64,000 nucleotides of DNA from Paragordius varius (lineage: Eukaryota; Animalia; Nematomorpha): contig OZ176055.1 in the NCBI GenBank assembly GCA_964247055.1, positions 9,362,001-9,426,000 of the forward strand, in the 5' to 3' direction. The notes below the pieces were generated by a model. It was not told where the DNA came from. It saw only the letters and a program-made list of their open reading frames with translations, and did no database searches. Positions 1-17,400 of this stretch are shown here, piece by piece (the stretch's first letter is position 1; every line of letters begins with the position of its first letter). The position numbers were made by a program, and so were the translations under genes.

Positions 1-349
1 AAAAATTTAATTGATTAAAAGATATATTAATATGTTTTATGTTTTGGAATTGACATTAGTCCATATGTTATAAACGCAATAAACACTGTATAAATTTAGA
101 TTAGACACATATCTTTTATAAGAAAATCCTTACGTTTCCTGTTTTTTATATAACTCATATATATAAGAATACATGGAATATAAAGTTTACTGTATTGCAA
201 ATTCATCTATCCTCTAAAAAAATTTTCTAACTCAACACTAAGTTTTTTTAAAAAACTTAATTCCAACTCAACACTAAGTTTTTTTTAAAAAAAGGTCAAT
301 TTTTACTGTAAATTTTTAATATGTTTTTAATTTTACTGTAAATTTTTGA

Positions 350-5484
<5,135 letters not shown>

Positions 5485-5669
5485 AATATGTATATAATAA
5501 TATGATGTAAATAATACAATTATATGATACTTTAGTTTGATTTACAATGATGAATAATTCGTTCGTTTAAACAGCTGTAACTTTTAAATCTATTTGAACT
5601 TATTTTTTTCCCCACCTTCTTCTTCTTCTAATACACATTTTCCTCCCGTTGGGGAGGTTGCGGAAAGGA

Positions 5670-8600
5670 ATGCCATCCTCGCGCAAAAAATTTGGTGAAA
5701 AATCGAAATTCCGGATAGCGACTTGGAATGTTAATACACTGACAGCGAGATCAGAAGAAATAGCCTCTAGACTTTATGAAAGAAAAGTGGATATATGTTC
5801 TATTCAGGAAATCAAATGGAAAGGGCAAGGTACCAAAACTGTTGGAAATTTTCATTTAATTTGGTGTGGTAACTCAGACAAAAGAAAAAAGGCGGGAGTC
5901 GCCATTTTTATCGCGCAACGTTTAAAATCTAATATTATTTCAATTCATTATATTAACGAGCGTATTATGTTCGTAAAAATAAAAATCAATAATTATATCT
6001 ACAATATATTCTCATTATACGCACCGGTCTCTGGTACAATCTCTGAAGTATCCGATGCGTTTTGGTCGACTCTATATCAAATTTCAAATGGAATCCCTGA
6101 AAATGAAAAATTAATTCTTTCTGGAGACCTTAATGGTCATATCGGCAATTTGCCTATCCCAAATGTACACGGAGGATTCAATCTTAATTCCCTAAATGAA
6201 AATGGTAAATGTATTCTTGACTTTGCAACAAATAACAATTTAACAATAATTAATACCTTCTTTAAAAAGGACACATCTAAATATTCCACTTATGTTTTAG
6301 GCAAATCAAGCACGGCTATCGATTTGATTATGTCAAGCTATTCTTTAAAAAACACTTTTACAAATATTAGAACAATCCCCGATCTGCAATTGCAACACAA
6401 GTTGGTAATCGCAGATCTTAATATTACCTTATCACATCACCCAGTTAACACAGTATCAAAACTACGTTACAACAAACTAAAACATCCATCTACCGTGGAA
6501 GCCTATAAAAAGCTGGTATCAGATAAGGTCTCTAATTCAGACTCTATTAACTGGAGCACCTTCAGACAATTATGTGTTGATTCATTGGAAAAGGTAGCAG
6601 GACGCTGTAAAAAGGTAAATAACATCAAGTTCAAATGGTGGTGGGACGTTGCTATTAAAGATTGTATTAGATTGAAAAAGTTAGCTTTTAAGAAATGGAA
6701 AGCCGAAAAAACAGTTGAATCCAAATTAGAATATTCCATTGAAAAGAAAAAATGTAGGAAAACAATAAGGGAAATGATGAGCAAAAAGGGCCATGAAGAG
6801 GGCTTGAAAATGGATGCCCAGGTTAAATCACAATCCATATACAAATCAATAAAAGATTCATCTTCTACTCTATCAAAACAAGCAATCAAACTACCCGATA
6901 ACTCTATAAGCTATGATCCTATCATAATAAAACAAACCTGGAGGAACCATTTCTACAAAATATTCAACAGTAATGATAGTAATGCTTTTATACCATGTTC
7001 TACCCCTGTATTAAGTTGTGCTGAACAGTTTACGGAAATTGATATTGAAAAAGGAATTCGTTACATGAAAAGGTATAAAGCCTCCGGTCCCTCTGAATTT
7101 ACTGTAGAAATGATCAGCGCCTTGGATTCAAAACTAAGCACACCGATACTGTGTAATATATTTAATAGTATAATTAACGATAATATAACTCCAAACGAAT
7201 GGAACAATAGCTTAATAATACCCCTATATAAGGGCAAAGGGGACAGACTTAACCCTGACTCCTATCGCCCAATAAAATTACTCGAACATGGTATGAAACT
7301 TTTTGAACTTATTCTATTAAATAAGCTAAAAGATAGGATAGATATAAATGAAATGCAGTGTGGTTTCTTACCCAACAAAGGAACCACAGACGCCATTTTC
7401 ATCTTAAGACAACTTCAACAAGCACACCTTCGTAGCCCTTTATTTTATGCCTTTATCGACCTCGAAAAGGCATTTGATTCGGTACCCCGAACTCTAATCC
7501 CATGGGCCCTACGAAACAAAGGCATTGACGAATGGATGGTTAAATCAATAATGGCATTATATACCGAGTGCAAAGCTCAGGTGGCGACAAGCGTAGGGCA
7601 CTCCGACTCACTCTCAATTAACTCCGGGCTGCATCAAGGCTCGCTCTTAAGCCCGTTCTTGTTCATAACTATTATGGATGAAATCTCTAAACCCTTAGAG
7701 CAAGGCTTACCATACAACATCCTTTACGCCGACGACTTGGTATTAATGGCAGACAGTGAAGTTCAATTAAAGACAAATCTTGCGAGGTGGAAAGAACGGC
7801 TTGAGATGTTTGGACTTAAGGTAAATGTATACCATTTACAGTTCAAGTTCACCCTTAAACAATTCAAATTCACCCTCGAACAATTCAAATTCACCCTTGA
7901 ACAATTCAAATTCACCCTCGAACAATTCAAATTCACCCTCAAATAAATAACATGTTTTTTAAGATTAAAAATTACCTATATTTTAATATATTTTTAAAAA
8001 ATAAAATTTTGTTTTAAATTAAAATAATACTGAAAAAAATAATTTATTATGCCATAAAGGTATATTTTATATTAATAATGAATTATATTAGTTCGAAAAC
8101 ACATAATTTATTTTTAGGGTGAATTTGAATTGTTCGAGGGTGAATTTGAATTGTTCAAGGGTGAATTTGAATTGTTCAAGGGTGAATTTGAATTGTTTAA
8201 GGGTGAATTTGAACTGTAAATGGTATATCAAAAACAAAATTAATGAACGATAATAATAAATACACTCCCATTAAATGGCCCTGCTCAATATGTAATAAAG
8301 AAGTCAAAACCAACGCAATCCAATGCCTCAAATGTAAAAAATGGGTCCACAAAAAATGCTCTCAGTTGAAATCGCTAAAATTACATCACGATTTTATATG
8401 CAGCAATTGCACCACGCCCAACCCAACTAAGCCTCCACAAAGTGTACGTAATGAAGAACCTTTTGAAACAGTACAAAGTTTCACATATTTGGGTGACATT
8501 ATAAGCGCTGGTGGGGGCCTTGAACCAACCATCAATAACCGTATAAAAAACGCCTGGTCAAAATACCACCAACTCAAAAGTATAATAAACAATAAATACA

Positions 8601-9076
8601 TCTCATTCAAATCCAAATCGACTATGTACACCACCACCATACGACCCGTTCTAATTTACGCAACCGAAGCTATGGCTTTAACCAAAACAAATTCACTAAA
8701 GTTACAACAAGCGGAAAGGAGAATTCTAAAAACTATACTTTATGCTACAAACCCAAACCTCTATAATTACAATAATAAATTTGATCCATATACTGTCCTA
8801 CAAATGACTCCGCTTATCGACTGTTTGCGCACAAATCGTCTGAGATTTGCGGGACATGTTCACCGACGCCCACATGAAAGTTGGCTATATCGTATGGTCA
8901 ATTTTTCTACAAGTTTGCGAAATCGTAAAGGACGTCCATTACAAAGTTGGCTTTCTATTGTGGAAAACGATCTGGCTATTTTAAACCTGAAAATGGATGA
9001 TGCACAGGACCGATGCTCTTGGCGTAAATCTATCCGAAGGGTTACCTCCTTGTTGGGAGAAAAAACCCTTGGTTGA
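5670..9076 (+). pseudogene. LINE ORF: 1002-aa endonuclease/reverse transcriptase once 7830-8227 is removed
   Basis: 5670-7829 (ATG) joined to 8228-9076 is open. The junction restores LKVNV-SKTKLM, the conserved post-YADD motif NxxKTKxM. There are no other stops or frameshifts. Confidence 0.88.
7830..8225. mobile_element. MITE family A (TIR TACCATTTACA..., ~20-bp subterminal repeats AATTCAAATTCACCCTYGAAC), TA target duplication
   Basis: TA at 7828-7829 and 8226-8227. Mirror-image subterminal arrays at both ends. It explains the FKFTLEQ repeats at the end of the 765-aa ORF. Confidence 0.95.
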
Positions 9077-10361
9077 TGATATAATAAATCTCTAAACTAC
9101 GGATATTATTTATGGCAATAGGGTATAAAAAAGTGACAATAAGTGTAGTTTTAATCTGTTGATCAGCTTAAGTTTTTATATTGGTTATATGTTAGCACAC
9201 ACCTTAAATTTTAAAATGTATAATTCCAAAATCACTGAAAAAAATTATTTTTGTAAACAGTTTCAGTGTGATATACGATGTATATTAATTTATTTTACTG
9301 ATAAATATGAGTAGCTATTGACAGTGCGATTTGAGCCTTGTTTAACTATGATTTATTTAGGCTCGTCGAACACTGAAGCCTGACAGGATTTCGATTCGTT
9401 CCGCTATTGTTTAAAGAAAATAAAAAATTGTGAACGCCAATAAATAGGGTATACACAATATTAATTTATGAAACGACACTTATTACTGAAAGTTCAAAAA
9501 CAAAAAAAATAATTTTCTGATTGAATATAATTTAACAAAATATTTTATTTAAAGCAGCTTCGCGCTTGACTGATTTGGTTTAAACTGTGTTTTGTGGGAT
9601 TAAAATATTTTTGTGAGAGACCAAATAAAAATTTGTATTCCAATCAATAACAGATATCCATTGTTCGCTGACCATAATTTTTCGTTCAACATTTAATTTC
9701 GTAGACCAGCTGACAATTCATTACTTTTTGGGGTAGTTTTATATCTTAAAGCGATTTAAAATAGTCCTCACTCAAACTTTTTACCGCTATTTTCTATAAA
9801 TTTTATTATATCGCTAATACAATAGGAATATATATATACATATATATCATTAAAAATGAAAATAATAATAATTCCAGCAAACACCAGGTATTTATTGATT
9901 TCAAGATCAGCTTTTTATTTCAAGAATTCTATGGTAAAAGTGGTTTTTGGCTTTTCTTGTAATAATTTTCGTAAAACATTTTTATTATTAAATTAACCAA
10001 AATATTATTACAAATAAAAAAATTTCGATAAAATATAGTACCTAAATAAGTAATAAAAGTAAATTGGAAACAGAGTATATTTCCATCAATTTTAAGATAA
10101 ATACTAACAATTCCATGGTCAGACTACTTCCCTTCGATAGACAGGCACTAATCATATATTAAATACTTAAGCTGCTGGTACGGCTATTAGAGTGTTGGTG
10201 AATTTACTGAAATCAAAGTTATTATTAGTCTACACTTTTCTCTGCGCTTATATTATCTCTCCAAAAAATAAAAGAATTAATGTTTGTTAAATTGATAAAT
10301 GGTGTGTTCATGATACCAAAACTATTTTTAGAGAGAATTGCGCATTATATATTATTAAACT

Positions 10362-10523
10362 TATTAAAAATTAATCTGAAATGCGTATCTTATAAAAATA
10401 TAAATATTAATTTTCGACTTTTTTAGTAAAGTCTTGATCGAAAAAATATATAGACATTACTATTAAAGTCGAAAATTAAAATTTATATTTTGATAAGATA
10501 GCGTTTCAGCTTAATTTTTAATA
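10362..10523. repeat. Foldback inverted repeat (~65-bp arms), probable small MITE
   Basis: TATTAAAAATTAATCTGAAATGCGTATCTTAT...TTTTCGACTTT is mirrored by AAAGTCGAAAATT...GATAAGATAGCGTTTCAGCTTAATTTTTAATA. Confidence 0.7.
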
Positions 10524-11552
10524 TTCTTATTTTTATATTTTTTGGGGGAATTCTAGTCTGTTAAAACTTTATTTCACAAAAATATATTAATAAAATATAT
10601 GACTGTCCAGATGTATACACCAAAATTAAAAATATTTGAACCCCTCTAAAGTTGGATATCTTAAATTTACGCAACGAGATTTTGCAAAAAAATTTTTTTA
10701 TAAGCTGGATCTGATATCAAAAATTATTGTTGAAAAAAAACGTATAATTTGTTGCAAACATTATTAACAAAGTACTGACTGACAAACCGTATGTTTGGAT
10801 GGTAAAAACGATGGAATATAAAATTAAATGATACCGATCATTATCGCCTCAGCATTTTGTATAGTTTGATTGTTTTCAGATATATAGTTTAATAAACGTT
10901 TACTTCACAAAAAACCTTCTTAAATTTGAAGACAATGGTTTCAATTAAAATTCCGTCTTTTTATATTAAAAAGTGTTTTATTGTTTTGTTAAAGTTTCCT
11001 TTATAAAAAATACGCCAAAATTTATCTAAATTAAATTTTCTAAGTATTCATTATTCGAAAAATATTTGAGGTCATAATTTCGCAGTGTCTAACAAATCGC
11101 TCCGATGGCCGCATTTTTAACTTTAAAAACCCGGCGGGGGCATTCGAATTAATAGGTTTTATAAATATTTTTTTTTGATATCGAACATATAATTGTAAAA
11201 AAATTCTAAGATAATTTTACCTCCTATTTATTCCAATTTTCACTAGTTCTTTATATAGTTCGGAAAGACTGATATAAATTTGATGAATACCAATTTTAGT
11301 AGGATTGTGTAAATATTTTTCGAATCATGGATTTGGGTTTTATTTGTTATTTTTCAAATCTACGGGCCGCATGTATTCTCTCAGAGATCTGGATATTTGA
11401 CGTTCCTGATCTAACATATATTGATTATTATAGCGCAACTTCTGCTTTTTTGCGTTTATTTTAAGAGAAATAGCTAAGTTTATCGGGACAAAATTTAAAC
11501 TTTTTGAGCATACATCTAAAAATTACATGGTACAAAAAAAGCTTTCGCTCTT

Positions 11553-14116
11553 TTAACGCTTCAATTCGAATTGGAGTATCTAGAGACCTCAGACTAAATA
11601 TAAGTTGTTATTTTTAAATAACTACTGAAAGAAACGGCTTTAATTAAAAATTATGCTTCTATCCTAATAAAAAATTGTATATGAGCCAAAAAACAAAGTT
11701 TTGAAAAAAATATCGTTATCAAACTACTTCGACGACATTTTTATTTTACAACACTCTTGCAAGATATCGTGTTTATTTCTAAAAAAAGCTAATTAGAAAA
11801 TTAAATGACAATTAATAGTAATATAAACAGAAAAAGTGGTTTATTTTAGATTATCATTTCTTCAATTCAAATTGAGGTATCTAAATACCCAGGACTAAAT
11901 TCAAATTAGGAATTTGATAAAACTACTGGAGTAAACGGTCCCATTTTAAATTTATGCTTCTATCCTAAAAAAAATTATATAAATGTGCCACAATAACTAA
12001 ATAAAATTTTGTTTTGGAAAAAAAGTTCCATTTCAAACTGCTTCGACGCCATTTTTATTTTACAATATTTTTTCAAAAATCATCTTCATTTAATTTTAAG
12101 GGTAAAATTAAAGCTAATTTTTTATTTAAATCACATCTAACATTGACAAAAAAGAAAAAGCGGTTTATATTGTATTATTTTTCAATTTTACCATTTCACA
12201 CATGTCACGTTGACTAAATTTTTGCCTTTCGGTTTTAAATTATAATAAGTATTATCACGCGTTTTTGAATATAATTTTTTATATATTTCGGTTTATTAAT
12301 GTTATAAAAGTTAAAATTTTGCCATAAGCTTCGATTTTATTTATATTTTTTAAAGAATATTATTTTAAACAGGCCCGCGGTATTTAACTACCTCAATTTG
12401 AATCGAAGTGTTAACACTTGGATACAAAACACTCATTTTAGTCCTTCGGTTCAAATTGGGGTAGTTGGATACACCAGGCCTGTTTAAAATTAAATTCTTC
12501 AAAAAATATAGAAGGAATCGAAACCATGGCAAAATTTTGCACTTATCTAACATTAATAAACCGAAATATATAAAAAATTTTATTCATTAATACTTGATAT
12601 TACTTATTTTAAGCTAAAACCGAAAGGTAAAAATTTCGTCAACGTGACATATGTCAAATTGTAAAATTGAAAAATTATACAAACTAAACCGCTTTTTCTA
12701 TTTCTTTCAATGTTAGATGTAATTTATATAAAAAATTAGCTTTAGTTTTACCCTTAAAATTAAATAAAGACGATATTTTGCAAAAATTTTGTAAAATAAA
12801 AATGGCGTCGAATTAGTTAGAGATAGAGCTTTTTTTCAAAACAAAATTTTATCAAGATATTTTGGCATATTTATATAATATTTATCAGGACAGAAGCATA
12901 AATTTAAATTGGGACCGTTTCCTTCAGTAGTTTTTTAAAAATATTAATTTTAATTTAGTCTGGAGTATTTAGATACCCCAATTTGAATCGAAGTGTTAAA
13001 ATGAATGTGTTGTATTAACACTTGGATACAACACATTCATTTTAGTCTTTCGATTCAAGGGGTAGTTGGATACCCCAGGCCTGTTAAAAATTAAATAATT
13101 TAAAAATTATGGAAGGAATCGAAACCATGACAAAATTTTGCACTTATATAACATAAACCGAAAATAAAAAATTTTATTCAAAAATACTTGATATTACTTA
13201 TTTTAAACTAAAACCGATAGAAAATTTAGTCAACATGACATGTGTGGATTTGATAAATTTAAAAATAATACAAAATAAACCGTTTTTTTTGTTTATATCA
13301 ATGTTAGATGTGATTTAAATAAAAAAAAGCTTTTATTATACCTAGAAAATAAAATGAACACGATAATTTGCAAAAATTTTGCAAAATAAAAATGGCGGCC
13401 AAGTAGTTTGACATGGAACTTTTTTTTCAAAGCGAAATTTTCCAAATTGAATCGAAGTGTCAAGGTGTTAAACAGCTTTTAAATTATTGATTTGAAATCA
13501 GTTGTTTCTTTATATTGGAATAAATTGTAATTTATATTATAAATTAACACTTGGATACAACACATTCATTTTAGTCCTTCAAACTGGGGTAGTTGGATAC
13601 CCAAGGCCTGTTAAAAATTAAATAATTTAAAAATTATTGAAGGAATCGAAAACATGACAAAATTTTGCACTTAGATAACATTGATAAACCGAAATATATA
13701 AAAAATTTTATTCAAAAATACTTAATATTACTTATTTTAAGCTAAAACCGAAAGGTAAAAATTTAGTCAACGTGACATATGTGCAATGGCAAAATTGAAA
13801 AATACTACAAAATAAACCGCTTTTTCTATTTCTATCAGTGTTAGATGTAATTAATTAAATAATTAGCATTAATTTTACCCTTAAAATCCGATCTTTTGTA
13901 AAAACTATGTAAAACAAAAATGGTGTCGAAGTAGTTTGACATGAAAAATTTTTTCAAAATAAAATATTATTTAGATATTTTGGCATATTATATAATTTTT
14001 ATTAGGATAAAAGCATAAATTTGAATTGGAACCGTTTCCTTCAGTAGTTTTTCTAAAATCTTAACTTAAATTTAGTCTGGGGTATTTAGATAACCCAATT
14101 TGAATCAAAGTGTTAA
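11553..14116. mobile_element. Cluster of five MITE family B copies (~570-590 bp, TTAA-bounded, piggyBac-like)
   Basis: Reverse copies at ~11553-11860 (truncated) and ~11861-12414. Forward copies at 12411-12999, 13015-~13471 (internal deletion) and 13544-14116. Termini TTAACACTT...AAGTGTTAA with inner TIR CGATTCAAATTGGGGTA. Confidence 0.85.
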
Positions 14117-14438
14117 AATAAAAATTTCTTCCTTTCCACCATATATTTTTTTAAAATTATACGTTCTGAGACAACCTAAATATGTGCATAAAAAGCAGAA
14201 GCATTTATTAAAATTTAACCGCCTATTATCGGCTTTTTTGAGAATTTAAGGGTTGCACATTTCGAAAGAAATCAAAACCTTAGGAACTTATACAAAATGT
14301 TAAAAAAACTAAACTAGGGCATGGCACCACTATTTTTTATAAACTAAAAACTTATAGTAAAATATTTTAAAGTATATGATCAATTCATAATTTATTTTTT
14401 TTTTGAAATATGTCACCCTTTTCACGCTTTGATGTGAA

Positions 14439-17400
14439 ATGAAAATATTTAAATTTTTGATTTTTAGCTTATTATTTTTGACAACAAAACAGTATTCATG
14501 GACCCTTTCAAACAATGAAACAAGTATTATTTATTAAAATTAAGATTTTACAAATATAAATTGTCCAACAAGTGTTTATTCAGAACTGTTTAAGACAAAA
14601 TTAATCAAAAATCCGTTTTCTGACAATAATTCTTTGCTTAGGGTTATCAATGGTTCTTGGACATACTCAACTGCAATCGGTTTTTTATTTAATATATATT
14701 AAAGATACTCAAAATTATAGTCAAATTTATTTAATACTCGAAAATGTTGATCTTAAAGCCACTGTTTACATTAACAATGTTGAAACAAATCAATTAAATA
14801 ATGCGTTTCGGGAATATTACATTGACGTTAAAGAAGTTTCCATATATATTTTATAACCTAAAGTACTCACCAAATTTAAACATAAAAGTTGTTTTTGAAA
14901 ATCCTGTTAGTTATGCCAAAAGCCTTAATAAATTGTATGAGAATCCCATTTTACCGACATGTCCCCCCAAAATTCAAAATGGAGAATGTCACATTAATTT
15001 AATTCGAAAACCGCAATGTAGTTTTAGCTGGGATTGGGGGCCTGCTATTCCAGATATTAGCCTTGGGTTTATTTTTACTTTTTTTGCATAAATAGGGTAG
15101 TACTGTGTAGTATAACAACTAGTTTGTTTTATAGTCATGTATGATTTATTTCATTAAAAATTATTTTTTTTGCGTTAAATGGGTATAAATATTTGTTAAA
15201 GAATGGAAAAAACAAGAGCGCTATGGTATTAACAATATCATATTCATCAAAAATTAGAATTACCATAGATCTCTTGATTTTGCATTCTTTACCAAATATT
15301 TATACCCATTTAATGAAAAAAAATAAATTTTTGATAAAATTAAGGCATGACTGTAATAAAATAAATTATTTTTTAAAAATCATGAGAAAATTTTTATCAA
15401 TTGGAATTATTTTTAATCTTAAGCATACATTTATATTAACGTATGGGATAAAATCAAGTTTGGCCACAATTAAATAAAATGTTGTAAAAATATAGCAAAA
15501 AAATTTATTTATTTGCAACTAATTTGCTATTTTTATTCATATTCGCAAGGAACGCAAATGTTGTTCATTTTGAGAGAATTTTCCTACGTTATATCAATGT
15601 GTTTACTGCACGCAATAAAAAAGGTATATTTTTGCTCAATAATTTGCACCTGTATAAATAAATATATTTTTTTTATTCGTCACAAAAATATCTAACAAAT
15701 TATACGTAAATTTGTAAAATTTAATAAGAATTTATCCAATAAAGTTATAATGATTTAGTTAAATATGAAAAATTAAACAATCATTGCGGCGAAATATTAT
15801 TTTATCATACTTTTTGATTATAAAAGTATATTTTTTATGTATTATGAATGTTAAAATTTTAATTATTAGGCTTAAACCTTAAACTAGTATGATACTAATA
15901 CCCTTTTTAGCAAAAAAACCCAAATTTTATATAACTTACTTTTGAAAGTAATTTATTGTTTTGGGTTAAAATATCAAGAATAAAGATATACATTCGTAAC
16001 ATTCAATTTTATAAATCTCAGTCGCAATCATAAAAGTTATAAACTATAAATTTAGGCCTAAATATGTTTTTTTTACATTATAAAATTAATCTTTAGATTA
16101 GTTAACTATTAAATTTTCGATTTCTTTCGCTTTTTAGACAACAATACATGGGATGTAACATTTAAAGTCATATTTTTTGCCCCAAATTCATCGGAACCAT
16201 CTGAACAACCAATTGAAATTGGAATAGAATGGCTCAATGATACTATTGATAAATCATTTTCCAAAAATTATAGTTGCGTTTTATCTCAAGATTTGTTGGA
16301 TAATTATGTAGCCTGTATAATAACCTTGGAGAATATAAAAGTTTATTTTACATTTTTTTATATGTAATTTATTTTTTTCCCCAACAATTAATATAAAAAC
16401 CGAAAAAATTTAAAAGAAAAAAATCCACAACACAAAAGCCGTCAAATATATAAGAATTGTTCTAAATTTTTAATTTTGTGGGTTATTGATTTTTAATATT
16501 TGCGCATTTTATTATTTAAATTTGAAAAATAAGTAAAAATTAGTGTCAATAATGCAATCATATGATTTTTTGTTCATTAAATTAAAAATAATTGTATTTT
16601 AGCAAAAAACAATTCAGGATATAAATTTTATATATTTTAAATTAATGTCTATAGTAGTATCCAAATGTAACATATATAAAATAATTTTTGTATATTAACA
16701 GGTGTTAAATTAATTTATTTATTTTTAAAGTGAGAAAAAACACTTGAAATGTATCTTTCCATAAAAAAATTATATATATATATTATATATATCATTTACA
16801 ATTCAAATTCACCCTCAATTAAAATTTATGTTTTTTAATATTAAAAATTGCCTCTATATTTATATATTTTTAAATATATAAATTTTGATTCAAATTAAAA
16901 TAAAAATGAACTATGGCATAAAGATATATTTCTCATTAATAATGAGATATATTAGTTCGAAAACACTCAATTTATTTTTAGGGTGAATTTGAATTGTTCA
17001 AGGATGAATTTGAACTGTAAATGGTATGTAAAATCGATAAATGAATCTATTTTTCAGAATGTAAAACTTTGGTGGCCTAATGGTTTTGGAAATCAAACAT
17101 TGTATGACATTGTAATTAAACATCATGAGAATTATATAACTCCACCACAAAGCATGAAAAAACGGATAGGTTTTCGAACTGTGCAATTAATACAAGACCC
17201 TTTACACAATGATAAAGGTTAATAAGTAAAATACAGTAAAATATGGAATTATACGGACAAAACGTGAAAATATTACGACAAATATTTTTTTGCAAAAAGA
17301 TAGCCATACTTTTATAATTTTGATTTTTTTATATATAACTCATTGTTTTAAAACTACAAAGTATAATATAAAAATGTTAATTGGTAGCACAATCAATTAT

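Larger units (their letters stand above)
5592..9084 (+). mobile_element. RTE-clade non-LTR retrotransposon (single APE-RT ORF with PHD-like finger), interrupted by a MITE
   Basis: APE motifs IATWNV, IQE, SLYAP, GDLNGH; RT motifs YRPIKLL, FIDLEKAFD, HQGSLLSP, YADD; C-terminal FTYLGD, RPVLIYATE, RLRFAGHV. It has a short GATGAT-type tail. Candidate 7-bp TSD TAAATCT at 5585-5591 and 9085-9091, so the boundaries are tentative. Confidence 0.9.

Noticed and set aside
7830-7946. FKFTLEQ repeat tail of the 765-aa ORF as a novel RT C-terminal domain
   Set aside because: It is read-through into the MITE subterminal repeats. The same applies to the track ORFs at 16983, 20557, 43516, 51948 (N-terminal part) and 52055.
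7830-8227. Family A MITEs acting as Introner-like self-made introns
   Set aside because: The element ends are TA...TA, not GT...AG. The other copies lie inside introns rather than forming their boundaries.
6503-8640. Antisense ORFs 6503-6889 and 8386-8640
   Set aside because: Shadows of the LINE ORF with no recognisable motifs.
9330-9420. GAGCCT...AGGCTC hairpin and TTCGATTC, suggesting a structured ncRNA
   Set aside because: Short stem; no tRNA, snRNA or Sm-site consensus can be assembled.
9600-10330. Possible minus-strand gene with tiny introns
   Set aside because: Every splice combination I tried hit stops, and no family motif appeared.
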